DNA of 64,000 bases from Octopus vulgaris. Lineage: Eukaryota. Below, in pieces: positions 1 through 13,250 of the stretch. The stretch lies in contig OX597822.1 of the NCBI GenBank assembly GCA_951406725.2, positions 8,680,001-8,744,000 of the forward strand, in the 5' to 3' direction. Made by a program: the position numbers and the translations under genes. Position 1 is the first letter of the stretch, and each line of letters starts with the position of its first letter. The notes beneath the pieces are model-generated. The model was not told the origin of the DNA. It made no database searches and saw nothing but the letters and a program-made list of their open reading frames with translations.

Positions 1-2308
1 ATCGTCAGAAACATGACATTCCCTATCATCATAATGAATATTTTACTAAACATTGTCACACACATTAAGAGATACAAAGTCAAAACGCTGCGCAGTTCTT
101 CAAACAAATGTCGGTCAACTATAAGGATTTGAAGCATAGGTATTATATTGCCATTTAAATCATGTGTCATAGCGTGCTGTTTCCTACTGTCATAGGGTGC
201 AGTTTTATCATTGTAATAATTACAGTTATCATTATAATTATTACAATAATCTTTTATCTTCAATAATTATGGCATTTTATTTTTATGTTTTATAAAAATA
301 AGAAGCATCTTTTAGTGACAATAGATTAGATTACAAGCATTTGTTTTCGGCTTGTATCTATAAAGAGAATGTTTACTATAATCCTCTTAAAACAGCCAAC
401 AACCGTTTAGTAACAATGGCAGCACATTTAATTAAAGAAATGGCTCTAATGTCAAAAACGTAATCTAGATGCGTATATAGTTAATGGAAATGACGAAACA
501 AAAATAAGAAGTGTGTCATAGATTTCCTTCTTTGATTTTGCTCAGGTTATAATGTTATTGATTAGCTCCAAGTAATATTTAGTTCAAATGCGTGCTTTGT
601 CCGTCAATATACTCTATGGTTTTCAAACACGATATATTTAGACCAATATTATTCGGTGCAGTATTTCATTTAATGGATGTGTCTTGATTGTACTTTTGTA
701 GCTATTAAAAACTATTTATAAACTATTTATAAACACCATTGGAATGGTGTTTTCCGAATGATGGAGACTCATCAGTGGATGATTAGACACAATGATTCGA
801 GTTCAATGAATTTCAACTTAACAGAGAGGGACAAACAAATGGATTGGTTATAAAAATGTAGATAATCCCATTTAAATCAAAAGACCGCTATAAAGTCACC
901 CCAAAGATTCGTTGCTTATATCATCAGGATGCGGCTCGCATTTTTTATTCTGTAACAACTGAATTATGCTTATTTCATATACGTTTGTATTTTTGTTAAT
1001 CTCTAAGGCACTGTTTTAAATGTCAGCTTCGAATGACCAAATCTTCAATGTCAGGTGGGCTTTCAATACTTGTTGACGTAACAATCACCGAATTTCACTG
1101 TTGTCATCTCACAGTTCATATGTAATTTGACAGACGTTTCGTGAATCATATACATCTGTAAATATATATTTCTTTGACTTTACTATTAATAGTTAAATAT
1201 AATGTCCATAAAGTCCATACTGAAAACATATATAAACAACATATTTTAGAGTATCTTAATATTATGAAATTTTCGGAACAAATGAAAAAAACATTTTGAA
1301 TGTTTCAGTAATATAACAAAGTTGTTTTTAACATTGATCACAATATTTCAAACAGCGAAAAAATACAGAAAGTTAGTTTCAACTTCTTTAAAAGCATTCT
1401 AGTTCCAGTTGTGTATGCGCGCGCGCCTGTGTGTGCATAATTTTTTTCTCTTATTTTGTCGTTCCGAACTGCTTTTACATTTTAAGAATCCATAAGTTGT
1501 TCAACACTTGGCTTTAAGAAAGCATTTTCTTGACATTTCAGACATAGTTTTTGTGATAGAAAACGTTAACAAAAAAAAAAACAAAAAAAACAAACGTATG
1601 TATTATATGAATATATTGTATTAGCATTCGTACACAAGCTTAAATTTATTGATATTTTAAAGTTCTAGATTTCGAGATAACCTCACAAAATATAGTATCT
1701 TGTCACTTGCAGTATTTGATTTATTACTGTTAACTTATTTTTATATTTAAAAGTAATTTTAATAGCACATATACATACTAACAATGTTTTATTAGTTAAA
1801 CGCACACAAACTTTTATGACCTGCACTTACAATTTTGAACAGCATTTTGTACTGACTAATATATATACACAGTAGCTCTAAATAATTTGCTAGCAGCATT
1901 ATCACAATACGTCTATGTTAAATGACGGCCACTGTTTTCCTAATTCAACAATTGCAGCTTTCAAAACCAGCTGCAGTCCAATAGCCCCATAGCCTTAGCC
2001 GCAGGGAAGACTTGATATTTCATGCAGGATATGAATGCAGAAATCCAAGAGTTGAAAGCACTGCACTAGGTACGCCCTCCAACGCTCAACAAACTCTGCT
2101 AAACCTAGATAAGTATTTTATATATTGATTTGAGAGGTTGAACGGCATATTGCCCATGGCGGAATTTGGACTCCGAGTACTTAACAGATATGGAATGTAA
2201 AGACCTTGCAGAGTCATCGAAGATACTTGTATGAATTTCAATTGCAATCGTGAAAGGCAAAGTGAAACCACCAAGAAGAGGAATGAGCTAATTGCAACTA
2301 CAAGAATG

Positions 2309-2607
2309 TTGTTCCTTCTCGAGCCATGCCTGGCTCATAAGGGCCGGTTTCCCGGTTTCTTGGCGTATATGTTCCTGCACGGGACGCCGGTCCATCGCAG
2401 GTGAGCTGCAAGATGCAGGAGGAAAGAGTGAGAGAAAGCTGTGGCGAAAGAGTCAGCAGAAGTTTCACCATTACCTTCTGCCGGAGCCGCGTGGAGCTAA
2501 GGTGTCTCGCTCATAAACACACACATCGCCCGGTTCTGAGATTCGAAACCGCGATCCTTCGACCGCGAGTCCGCTGCTGTAACCACTAGGCCATGTGCCT
2601 CCACAAT
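2309..2607 (-). mobile_element. tRNA(Arg)-like-headed SINE, family A, near full length
   Basis: Minus strand begins GTGGAGGCACATGGCCTAGTGGTTA (A box), then ACTCGCGG (TCG anticodon-like loop), then GGTTTCGAATCTC (B box). 3' stem-loop GAGCCAGGCATGGCTC. Perfect 13-bp TSD AACTACAAGAATG at 2296-2308 and 2608-2620. Other copies at 4665 and 22971. Confidence 0.92.
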
Positions 2608-3325
2608 AACTACAAGAATGGCGATATTGAAGTGTTTGAACTACAATTAGGGAGCCAATCAGAAGCTAGCAAAGAAAGGGTTAGGTAGTAATGGGATGGG
2701 GACAAACATATTTGCTCTTCAAATGCCTGTAGACATAACAGTCGCGTACACGAACATAAATTGTGAACTGTTGCATATTCTGTTTTCAGACACATATACA
2801 GTAGACGATCTTTTATAGAGGTTTTTCTTGTCGGCGTTAAAAACAATGACCATAGCAACAGCAATGCGAAATCTGCCTTCTGTTGTTAAACATGTTGAAA
2901 TGTAATTATCTACATTTAGTCGACGCAAACTTTCCGTTTTCAATTTTCAATTATTGAGAGAAGAATATTCATACGAGAATTTGATATATTTTCGCTTGGT
3001 GTATAAAATCGATCTGAAATAGTAATTTATTATTCTAGTACATACAGTATATTGTATATTTACCATTACAGCCTACATTTCAATTGAGCGAGTTTTGTAT
3101 GTAAGTATATACACTTGACTGCTCATAGTTTATAAATGTATCTCTATATAAACATAGACTTTGTGTTAGATCTGTTTGTCGCCATTATTTGGTAGGTAGG
3201 TGTATGGGCTAATTTTGATTATAGTAGAGAATACTGGTAATTATTCTATCTACTGCGGATGACTAAAACTAACATGCCGGCTGAGACAGCATTTAGAGAC
3301 GGACATTGTTAAATCTCTTGGGCAG

Positions 3326-3366
3326 TGTATATATATATATATAAATACACATACACACACACACAC

Positions 3367-3418
<52 letters not shown>

Positions 3419-3439
3419 GTGTGTGTGTATGTATATATG

Positions 3440-3470
<31 letters not shown>

Positions 3471-3477
3471 GTATATG

Positions 3478-3528
<51 letters not shown>

Positions 3529-3590
3529 GCAAATATACATTACATACACATATGAGCATTATCATTATTATTATTATCATCATCATCATC
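3326..3590. repeat. compound (TA)n/(CA)n/(TG)n and (ATT/ATC)n microsatellite
   Basis: Directly visible simple repeats. Confidence 0.95.
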
Positions 3591-4111
3591 CTCATCTCCG
3601 CCACAATGCTTCAACTTTCGATGTTCATATGTGTTTATATGTAGTCTTATTCTTAACTTTGTTTCTTATAAATTATTTGATTTTTTTCTCGCTTGGTTCA
3701 CCAGCGCAGTGTGGTTTTGTCTCTCGTTATTACATTCAATAAATAATTGACTTGTCGCTATAATAACGCATTATATGCAATCACTGGGAATACGTTTAGT
3801 GACATATTTCCATTAGTGGCATCGAATATCATCAATGCGTTATGCTTTGAACAAACATTAAACGCCTCAGGATAGTTTTATGTTACCAATAACATAACAT
3901 TGATGTGGGTAAAGTGTAATCCCAATAAGCAGCTACAGTTGAACGAAATATGTGGCGGAACAGAATAGAATACAAATGAGCGAGAAGAATAATATTTCAA
4001 AATTCAGAATGACACAGCACAAGCGGATGCGTGTATGCTTTGCTAATAATTCCTCGTAAATATGTCAGAATATACTTTATTTTAACCAGTCATGGAGTAC
4101 GATTGATACGT

Positions 4112-4193
<82 letters not shown>

Positions 4194-4389
4194 CATTGCC
4201 AGCTAATCCGTTTCAACAGTTTATATGGATTTCGTATCAAATTATATGGCTTAATTCTGAACTTTGTGTCTTGGAAATGCAATCTGTTTTCTTAGTAGCA
4301 ATCCTCAATAGGAAATATTGCTTAACTTGCATGTATGTCATCAATCTGTAGTTCAGTTGAATTTCTAAAAGTGCGTGTGCATTGATTCG

Positions 4390-4955
<566 letters not shown>

Positions 4956-5562
4956 TTTATATATATATATATATAGTGAAAGAAGAGACACATGCATACG
5001 TATATGTGAATATTCAGAGAGAGAGAGAGAGTAAAATGTATGATGTCTTTTTAATATATTTCGTCTGTTTCAATATTCTGGTTATGTATAATGTAAGTCT
5101 AAGCCGCTACTCTTTCCGTTAATATAGTTACTCTTGAAACAAACATTATAAAACATTAGCTACATGCAGTAAACTGAAGGTGACACAAAATTGATATCAC
5201 TGAAGGACTAATAGATCTGCAAATGTCCGACATGTTAGCTAAATCAGAATTCAAGGGTATGTCTGATTATTCTAACAGTACCAGCGATTTGTCATCGTAC
5301 TTATATAAGGACTATTTCATTACAAAAGGGCTCTGAACATTCTACGTTCGGTACTGGAATTGATAGGGTTTATATTAGCCACTGTTTTTAGCTAACAATT
5401 AATTTTCATTTTAGATGCTTTCAAGTCGATCTGGGGCCTGGTTTTCAGAAAAGATGGCTGGCGTGTAATTGTGTAATTGTGTAAAAAAGTATGGTATTTT
5501 CGACAAAATTTGTTTAAACATCCTGGAGTAAATATAATGCCACTAGTAATTTCAAGAGAAAT

Positions 5563-5732
5563 GTTAAATCGATATCATCAACATCCACTGGTCAAGTGGT
5601 ACTTATTTTATCGACTCCGAAAGGATAAAAGGCAAAGTCGACCTCGTCGGAATTTGAAGTCAGAATTTTAAGGGTGACAAAATGCTGCTGTGTATTTTTC
5701 CGGTGCGATAACGATTCTGCCAGCTCTCCGCC
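5563..5732 (-). mobile_element. tRNA-derived SINE family C (Nin-like central domain), degraded
   Basis: GGTACTTATTTTATCGACTCCGAAAGGATAAAAGGCAAAGTCGACCTCG and AACGATTCTGCCAGCTC match the copies at 21469 and 24269. Confidence 0.8.
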
Positions 5733-5924
5733 TTAGAGTGTCTCATATAAGGACGGGGAGCACTCAAGGTCCCATTGGCAATTGGAAAACGAACACAAGA
5801 AAACATTGAATGTTTCAGTTATCTGCAAATTTAAGTATCGTGGAATCCAAGATATTTTGGTTATTATTACAACACTAGCATCTGTAGAAACCATATTATC
5901 TTACTATTACATACTTCTAAATAT

Positions 5925-5967
<43 letters not shown>

Positions 5968-5991
5968 TACATGCATGCATACATACATGCA

Positions 5992-6024
<33 letters not shown>

Positions 6025-8102
6025 TTATGTATTTTTTGACAGGCACTCACAGAGCTTCTTTCACAAAGTATAGGTCGGCCGCTGTGCAGTGGTAATGAAC
6101 CCGAAACTTCGTAGTATCAAAGCGAGCTTCTTAACCACGCATCCACACACACATGTACATATTTGTGTGTGAGTGTGTGTGTGTATGTGTGTGTGTGAAT
6201 CTCGTATTTTATTATGGCATCAAACACGCAACGCATACGTAGACACGCAGCACACATACATATGCACACACAGACACATACGTGCGTGTCTGTGTGTTTC
6301 TGTGTATCAATATGTTTCTGTGTCTGCTTTTGGAGCCTGTGACTGTATTGGTGAACAGCTATCGTACAAACGATGATATTTTTTCAATGCATATAACTGA
6401 GTTTGTATTTATGTCTTCGCCTACATAGATAACATTTTCTATTGTTTTTTTTTTTTCCCGTACTTCCATTATTATACACTTTATATATGTTTGAACACTG
6501 TCTGTCTTCCGGTATATTTTTCAGCTGCAGTAATTCTGTTACAATGCGCTTTGCTAAATTATTATGTTTCTAGGTCTTCAGCCCTCTTACGCCATTTGCC
6601 GACACTATCCTCTCTGTTAAGTACCACCTATATTACTGGATAAAATCAAGCTAACTTGCAATCCGCAAGTTGAACGCTATATATTTTGTGTTCGCAATAT
6701 AATATGGTTATGAGGCTTAGTTTGTTTATTAGCGTGTATTCTTATATATCTATGTATGTTTAAATGTGTGTGAGTGCGTGCGTGTGTATATGCCTAGTTA
6801 TATATGCCTATAAATGCTCAAATATATAAGCAATGAATCGTTTGTCTTATAGTTACCAACCATAAAGAGAAAACCAGAAGAATTTTACAATAGACGCTGG
6901 ATATTATATGGATAGTAGATGCATAATCACGTTGGCATATATACTTAAATGATACAGATAATAGAACGTTGGCTCAACACAAACGAGCAACGATATAAAA
7001 CGTGACATTTTACAATTTTCTCTTGAGTGACAAATCAAAGACAAAATATTTGAGAAAAACTTTCCTGATTGACAACGTGAAATCCATTACTTCATCCAAC
7101 CAAATTCCTGTTATGGATGAATAACCATGAGTTGAATGATTATATAAAATGTATTAAATCAGTATACATACGTTCTATTTCAATATAATCTTTCATATCT
7201 CTGAAACTGCTTGTTAGCTTCTATGTTTCTTTATTTATGGCGTAGCATCTCTATTTTCAGCTGAAGCAAGACTAAGAAATGTTTAGAATATTTTATTTTT
7301 CTATTTTGTTGGTGATGTTGTTTACGCTTTTCCATAACGATAATAAATTACATTTTAATCGTGGTCTTCTCTTTATTTAATCATGCACTCATATATTTTC
7401 AAATATCGCTCAGAATTTCATTTATATCTTCGTTGTGTGTTTATAGATGGTGTTGGGAGATGAGAATGGGTACTATTCTGGTTACTGATTTCGAGTTGTT
7501 AGAGTTGTTTTTTTTTCTTTTTTGATTCCTACAGTCTATTATGATTAAGTCAGTAATAACAAACGCTATAATGTTTATAAATATTTCTAAAGAAAACACT
7601 CAACAGATTTCAATTGGATTCCATTTGATTTTAATTCATATACTATTTTATTTTTATATATTCTTATTCTATTATTTTCGTATTTTGATCTTTTATGTTC
7701 ATTGATTTCGATGATTTGTATTGCCTTTTTTTACTGTTCTTGATTTTCTCACCATTAGATCATTACCTTTTCTGCCAAACACACACATTAAGATCAAGAC
7801 GTTTCCGATTGTAACCAGTGGTGTGAAATGGAGTTGTTTTCATAACAGATATCAAGAAGGAAAAAAAATCGAATATTATGGTTCAGTCGCTTTATCGCAA
7901 TTATTTATTTTGACGATCTCTTTAAACCCCACTACGCCATTTATTACCGATGTTTCCTCCTCCGCTTACCACATCGACTTCCCATTTCCTTCTCTCTATA
8001 TATTTGTTAATACATTTCTCATAAGCCTGTAAACACTTATGCTTATCTATTCTGAAACCCACACGAACATACGTTTTATATATGTATATACAGATATAGC
8101 TA

Positions 8103-8690
<588 letters not shown>

Positions 8691-8801
8691 GACTTCCTAT
8701 ATTTTTATGATTTAGGATGTCTTTGTGGCTACAACATTACACTTCCTACAGACATTTTCAACTTCAATTCATGCATCCTTCTTCTTTCATTCCCTTTTCA
8801 C

Positions 8802-8874
<73 letters not shown>

Positions 8875-9515
8875 TGGATATGTTTCAGTTCTCGGCCGCG
8901 CACAACCTCGCTGAGTCTTTCCCCGTTGTCTCTTTTTACGTCTGAGAAAGTAAGAGACATTACCATGCATCATTAGCAGCACCGTTTATGGCAACATTCC
9001 AGAATTCTTTCAAAAGCGATGGACACTTGAAAGACACATCCAATTTAGATTATATGTACCCCACTGTTTCTTAAATACGACATACGTCTCTCAAAGATAA
9101 ATGCCATTAAGACTATGCAGCTTTCTGCTCTGCTGATCGCTACAGATAGACAGAATGAATAATCATATTCTGGGCACGCGAAACAGTACAGAATTACGTC
9201 TTAGCTCATGTCAATGAATAGCATTTAGCAAATTACATTTTAAGGTATTCGCATATGAAGCGGAACTGAATATTATTGAGGAATTAAGAAAATGACCATT
9301 GTTGATATTGCATATTACATTTTATTCCTTCAACGTCCACAATTTCTCTACACATTACATCGTCTATTCGTTAAGTTCACAACCTCTGCAAGAATTAGAA
9401 TTAATCAAATCAAGAAACATTTATCTACGGCAAGAGGTAGTTAGTATGAATAGGAATGCACACGTGTGTGTATGTGTGTGTATGTGAGCGTGCGTGCAGA
9501 CGTGCACGTGCGAAC

Positions 9516-9571
<56 letters not shown>

Positions 9572-9683
9572 ATACAAATGCATAAAGCTGACACATTTAC
9601 GAATACTGAAAGGGAAAGGCTGTACGCACATTGCCACATACATAGAAGAGTAGACATAAATAAACACCGTGAAATTCATATGT

Positions 9684-9722
<39 letters not shown>

Positions 9723-9723
<1 letters not shown>

Positions 9724-9853
9724 GCGCAGGCGTGGCTGTGTGGTGAGTTCAGTCCTACAGCATGGCACCTTGGGCTGGTGTTTTCTACTATATCCTCGGG
9801 TCGACCAAAGCTTTGAGTGTATTTAGTAGACGGAAACTGAAAGAAGCTCGTCG
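9723..9853 (+). mobile_element. SINE family B, 5' half
   Basis: GGCGCAGGCGTGGCTGTGTGG...GGCACCTTGGGC...GTAGACGGAAACTGAAAGAAGCTCGTCG, then the family's internal (TA)n. The 3' half is absent. Confidence 0.85.
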
Positions 9854-9861
9854 TATATATA

Positions 9862-9928
<67 letters not shown>

Positions 9929-9930
<2 letters not shown>

Positions 9931-11156
9931 AGCTGTTGACCCGGCGTTGCTGGTGTTTTCCGTTTTTAAGTTAAGCCCACCTCTGACCTTCTATTGAAAT
10001 CTTCTACATTCCCCATCCCAACTATTACCCATTACGATGTTATATCTATTTAGACAGGGATTTTACCTGGTTAACGCTTTCGACATACTCTTACATAAAG
10101 GACCGTGTGAAATCTCAGTCAAAATTTTGAGCGTACCTTGACCCATTGAGAGTGATGTTTGTATATTTCTCTCTCCTTAATGTCCCTCCCTGTACAAAAT
10201 TGATCAGCGTGTCAAATCGCAGCAAAATCTAAAGAAATGTGTTAAGGTTATGGCATAAAATAGAATCTATGTGACTATTTACATGGAAATATCCCGTTGA
10301 CTTTCAAATCCCAATACATTATATGAATAATCGCTGTTTCATAGGTCGAAGTGCTTAATTTTACTCGTGGGTCAATTTTCTTCAAAATGAGCTGATTATT
10401 TTATTGCGTGAATTTTGACGATATCTGACTTGGACCATAAACATTACCTAAATGTCAAATTTCAGAAAACTCAGATAACTTCTGTAAAGTTACATCATAA
10501 AATAATAATCTTATGGATAATTGCATACAAAAAGCCTATTGGTTTATTAAAATCCTCACGATCAATTATCTTTATTCTGGCATCCACTAAGGGATGTGTA
10601 AAATTTCTACAAAATCGATAAGAATGTCTCTAAGGGAATGCTTATTTGCGTTTGTGCCCTTTTCAAGCCCTTTTGAATTAAATAAATCCCTTTACGGACT
10701 CCTCCACCACAACATTTACCTACATCACAAATTTCATTAGAATCGGATAAAATATTAAAAAGTTATGGCCAAAAATGAAATCCCTATGGGTATTTGCACA
10801 CAAAAAGCCTATTGATTTTATAAAAACACTGCTCAGGCGCAATTACTGAGTTTTTGTCAACGCCATATACTGACATCAACTCACTGCCATGATCCTCGTT
10901 CACTCATCTATTTTTCATCAAAATCGAACAAAAAGTGCAAAAGCTACTGGGAAAATAACATCGTTATGGGAATTTCCATTCAAACGCCCGACTGCGCTCA
11001 CAAAAATCAATGCCAAGTGAGCATTATCGAGTTTTCTTATTTGAACTTCAAGTCATCTATGTATGTGCCAAAATTTATTAAAATCGGTTGGACGGTGTGG
11101 GAGAAGTTAGAGTAATCCCAAACGCACAGACAGAAAGACACCATTACACATGTGTG

Positions 11157-11160
<4 letters not shown>
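9929..11160 (-). mobile_element. non-autonomous Helitron-like element with internal degenerate repeats
   Basis: Minus-strand 3' end AGCAACGCCGGGTCAACAGCTTG is homologous to the 58661 element end (AGCAACGCCGGGCGATACTGCTAG). The 5' region has CTGTCTGT and CCAACCGATTTTAATAAATTTTGGCAC, like the 58.9-59.0 kb copy. Confidence 0.7.
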
Positions 11161-11216
<56 letters not shown>

Positions 11217-11217
<1 letters not shown>

Positions 11218-11979
11218 CAGTTTGGTAAGTAAGTTCTTAGACACTTTTAACATATCACTTTATTAATGAAAAAAACAACAAAGAACAATCGACCCAAAAA
11301 GTACTCACTCTCGTTGTCGATCACCTTTTGCCATCTTTCAGGCAAAGTTTTGAATCCTTTTATCCAGAAATCACGTGGCTTTGAATCAATAAAGTCGTAA
11401 AGGAACTATTTCACATCTTCGTTTTCGAACTCTGTAGCGCAAACCGCACGCTGCAAGACAGGGAATAAGAGGTAGTCAGAAGGGGCAAGCTCAGGAGAAT
11501 ACGATGGGTGCACCATAATCTCCCAGCGCGCCTCCTTCAGCTCCTCTGACGTCTTCTTTGCACGATGTTCTTGCGCGTTGTCTTGGTGCTAAATTCTCTT
11601 CTTCAAATTTGAGCATTTTTCAGCCAGCGCGATCTTTAGACGGGCAATTTGTTCTCAGTAGACATCCTTGTCAACGGTGGTATTGCGTAGTAGAAGATCC
11701 AACATTATCACACCATGGCAATCCCACCAAACGGGGATCATAAACTTCTTTTGCACAAGCGGTCCTTTTGTACCCACGTTTCCCACTTTTCATCCATAGT
11801 GATTACTGACACCAATCAATCGAATCTTCCGCTTCCCCAGAGCAGATTTGACATGCAGTGAAACATGCTTGTTTGTTCGCTTCAGTCAATTCTTGTGGCA
11901 CCCATTTTCCAAGCTTACTGATCTTGCCGAGACGATGTATGTGTTTGATGATCGTGACATGGGAGGCGCCAAACTGTGT
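11217..11979 (-). mobile_element. mariner (DD34D) transposon, 3' part, disrupted transposase
   Basis: Minus-strand translation gives LGKISKLGKWVPQELTE and WEIMVHPSYSPELAPSDYLLF...GFKTLPERWQKVIDNESEYF. TIR-like end abuts (TA)n at about 11217. Stops and frameshifts present. Confidence 0.92.
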
Positions 11980-12331
11980 AGGTAGTCATGAGTGGAGAAA
12001 CTAGGGGAACGTTAAATTATTTAGGAATAAGTGTTAGAATTAAATATTAGGGGAATTATTAGGTTATGGTTTAAAATTAAATTAAAGAATTATCATTTAC
12101 CATATAAGTGCTAACGTAAGGTTGATAGAAGAGATATACAGGGTTATGTGTTAACGATCATGGAGGTATGTATGTTAGTGTTATAAGGAGGGTGAATTTA
12201 GATTTGGATTTATAGAAGAATTTAACTGTGTTCTTATCCTCAAAGGTTGGATGGTTATAACGTCCACTTAGTATCGTTGTACAATAACTAGATCAGCACA
12301 GACACGACTAACAACACAGTCTACGTATTGA

Positions 12332-12490
12332 TTTCTTTAATAGGCATAAGGCCCCAAACACAGAGGGGACACCACAAGGACAGACAAGACTACAGTGGGA
12401 ACAAAAATCATAAAACGAATGTAAATGAGATGAAATTATATAAAAATGAAAAAATTAAAATGGACGCATGGGCCCCACACTCATGTGGTA
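12332..12490 (-). mobile_element. probable LINE 3' end sharing its tail with the SINE family C copy at 24269
   Basis: TTTCTTTAATAGGCATAAGGCCCCAAACACAGAGGGGACACCACAAGGACAGACAA resembles 24270-24326 but continues into non-SINE sequence. Confidence 0.5.
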
Positions 12491-12760
12491 CCATTTGAAC
12501 CGTTATATACGTTATCTACAATTGTTCTTTTTTTTTTGTTTTTCACCATTATTTTTCTAAAGATAACATAAAACACTTTACTCTTTCTTTTTTTTCCTAC
12601 AATTTAACAGACTTATTTTTCTTTTTAATAATACTTCATCAGTGGTTCAATATCTATTAGATCCACTGCTGGTGGCAACTCTTTGAATTCCACCCTCACT
12701 CCTGGTGGTGGACACTCATTCCACGCATCACGTGGGAGGGGTGTACTAATTCCCTACAAC

Positions 12761-13250
12761 ATAGTTTCTGTCAGTATATATGTAAACAGTCATGTGATTT
12801 GCCTACAGCATTAGAACATTTTATCTCTTATTTTAAGCAATGTAGGTGTATCTAACACCCTAGTCATATTTAGCGACGATAATAGTTTTCTAGTTTGCTA
12901 AAACTTTTGCACACTACAGTCTATGTTAATGTTCTGTAAACACATTAGCGATTTGCTAAATCCTCCATAGATTCTTATGGTGAAAACATATATTATATAT
13001 TACTACAGAAAATTCAGTCCGGAGTCAGCCGAAGTCAAGCGGTCCTTGATGCGGAAACTAAAATTGCCATAGACTCACCGGTAGGCATAGGGAATTCTCG
13101 TTCGGTATTTTCGGGTTATTATAGTCCCTGTCAGTATATATGTATACAATCATGTTTTTTTATTACATCAGTACAACATTTTAGCTCTTGTTTCTAGCAA
13201 TGTAGGTGTTTCTAATACCCTAGTCATGTTTAGTGACAATTAAGCTTTTC
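12761..13250. repeat. 130-bp direct repeat pair (12761-12890 and 13121-13250)
   Basis: CTGTCAGTATATATGTA...AGCAATGTAGGTGT...ACCCTAGTCAT occurs twice, offset by exactly 360 bp. Confidence 0.85.

Noticed and set aside
590-790. Minus-strand CTGATGAGTC at about 767-776 next to the hairpin AAACACCATT-GG-AATGGTGTTT (731-752)
   Set aside because: No intact GAAA, stem III or stem I partner found; at best a heavily decayed HHR.
2530-2605. tRNA-Arg-like sequence (also at 4665, 23140 and 33250)
   Set aside because: No proper acceptor stem; each continues into a SINE body and tail, and the 2.3-kb copy has TSDs, so these are SINE heads rather than tRNA genes.
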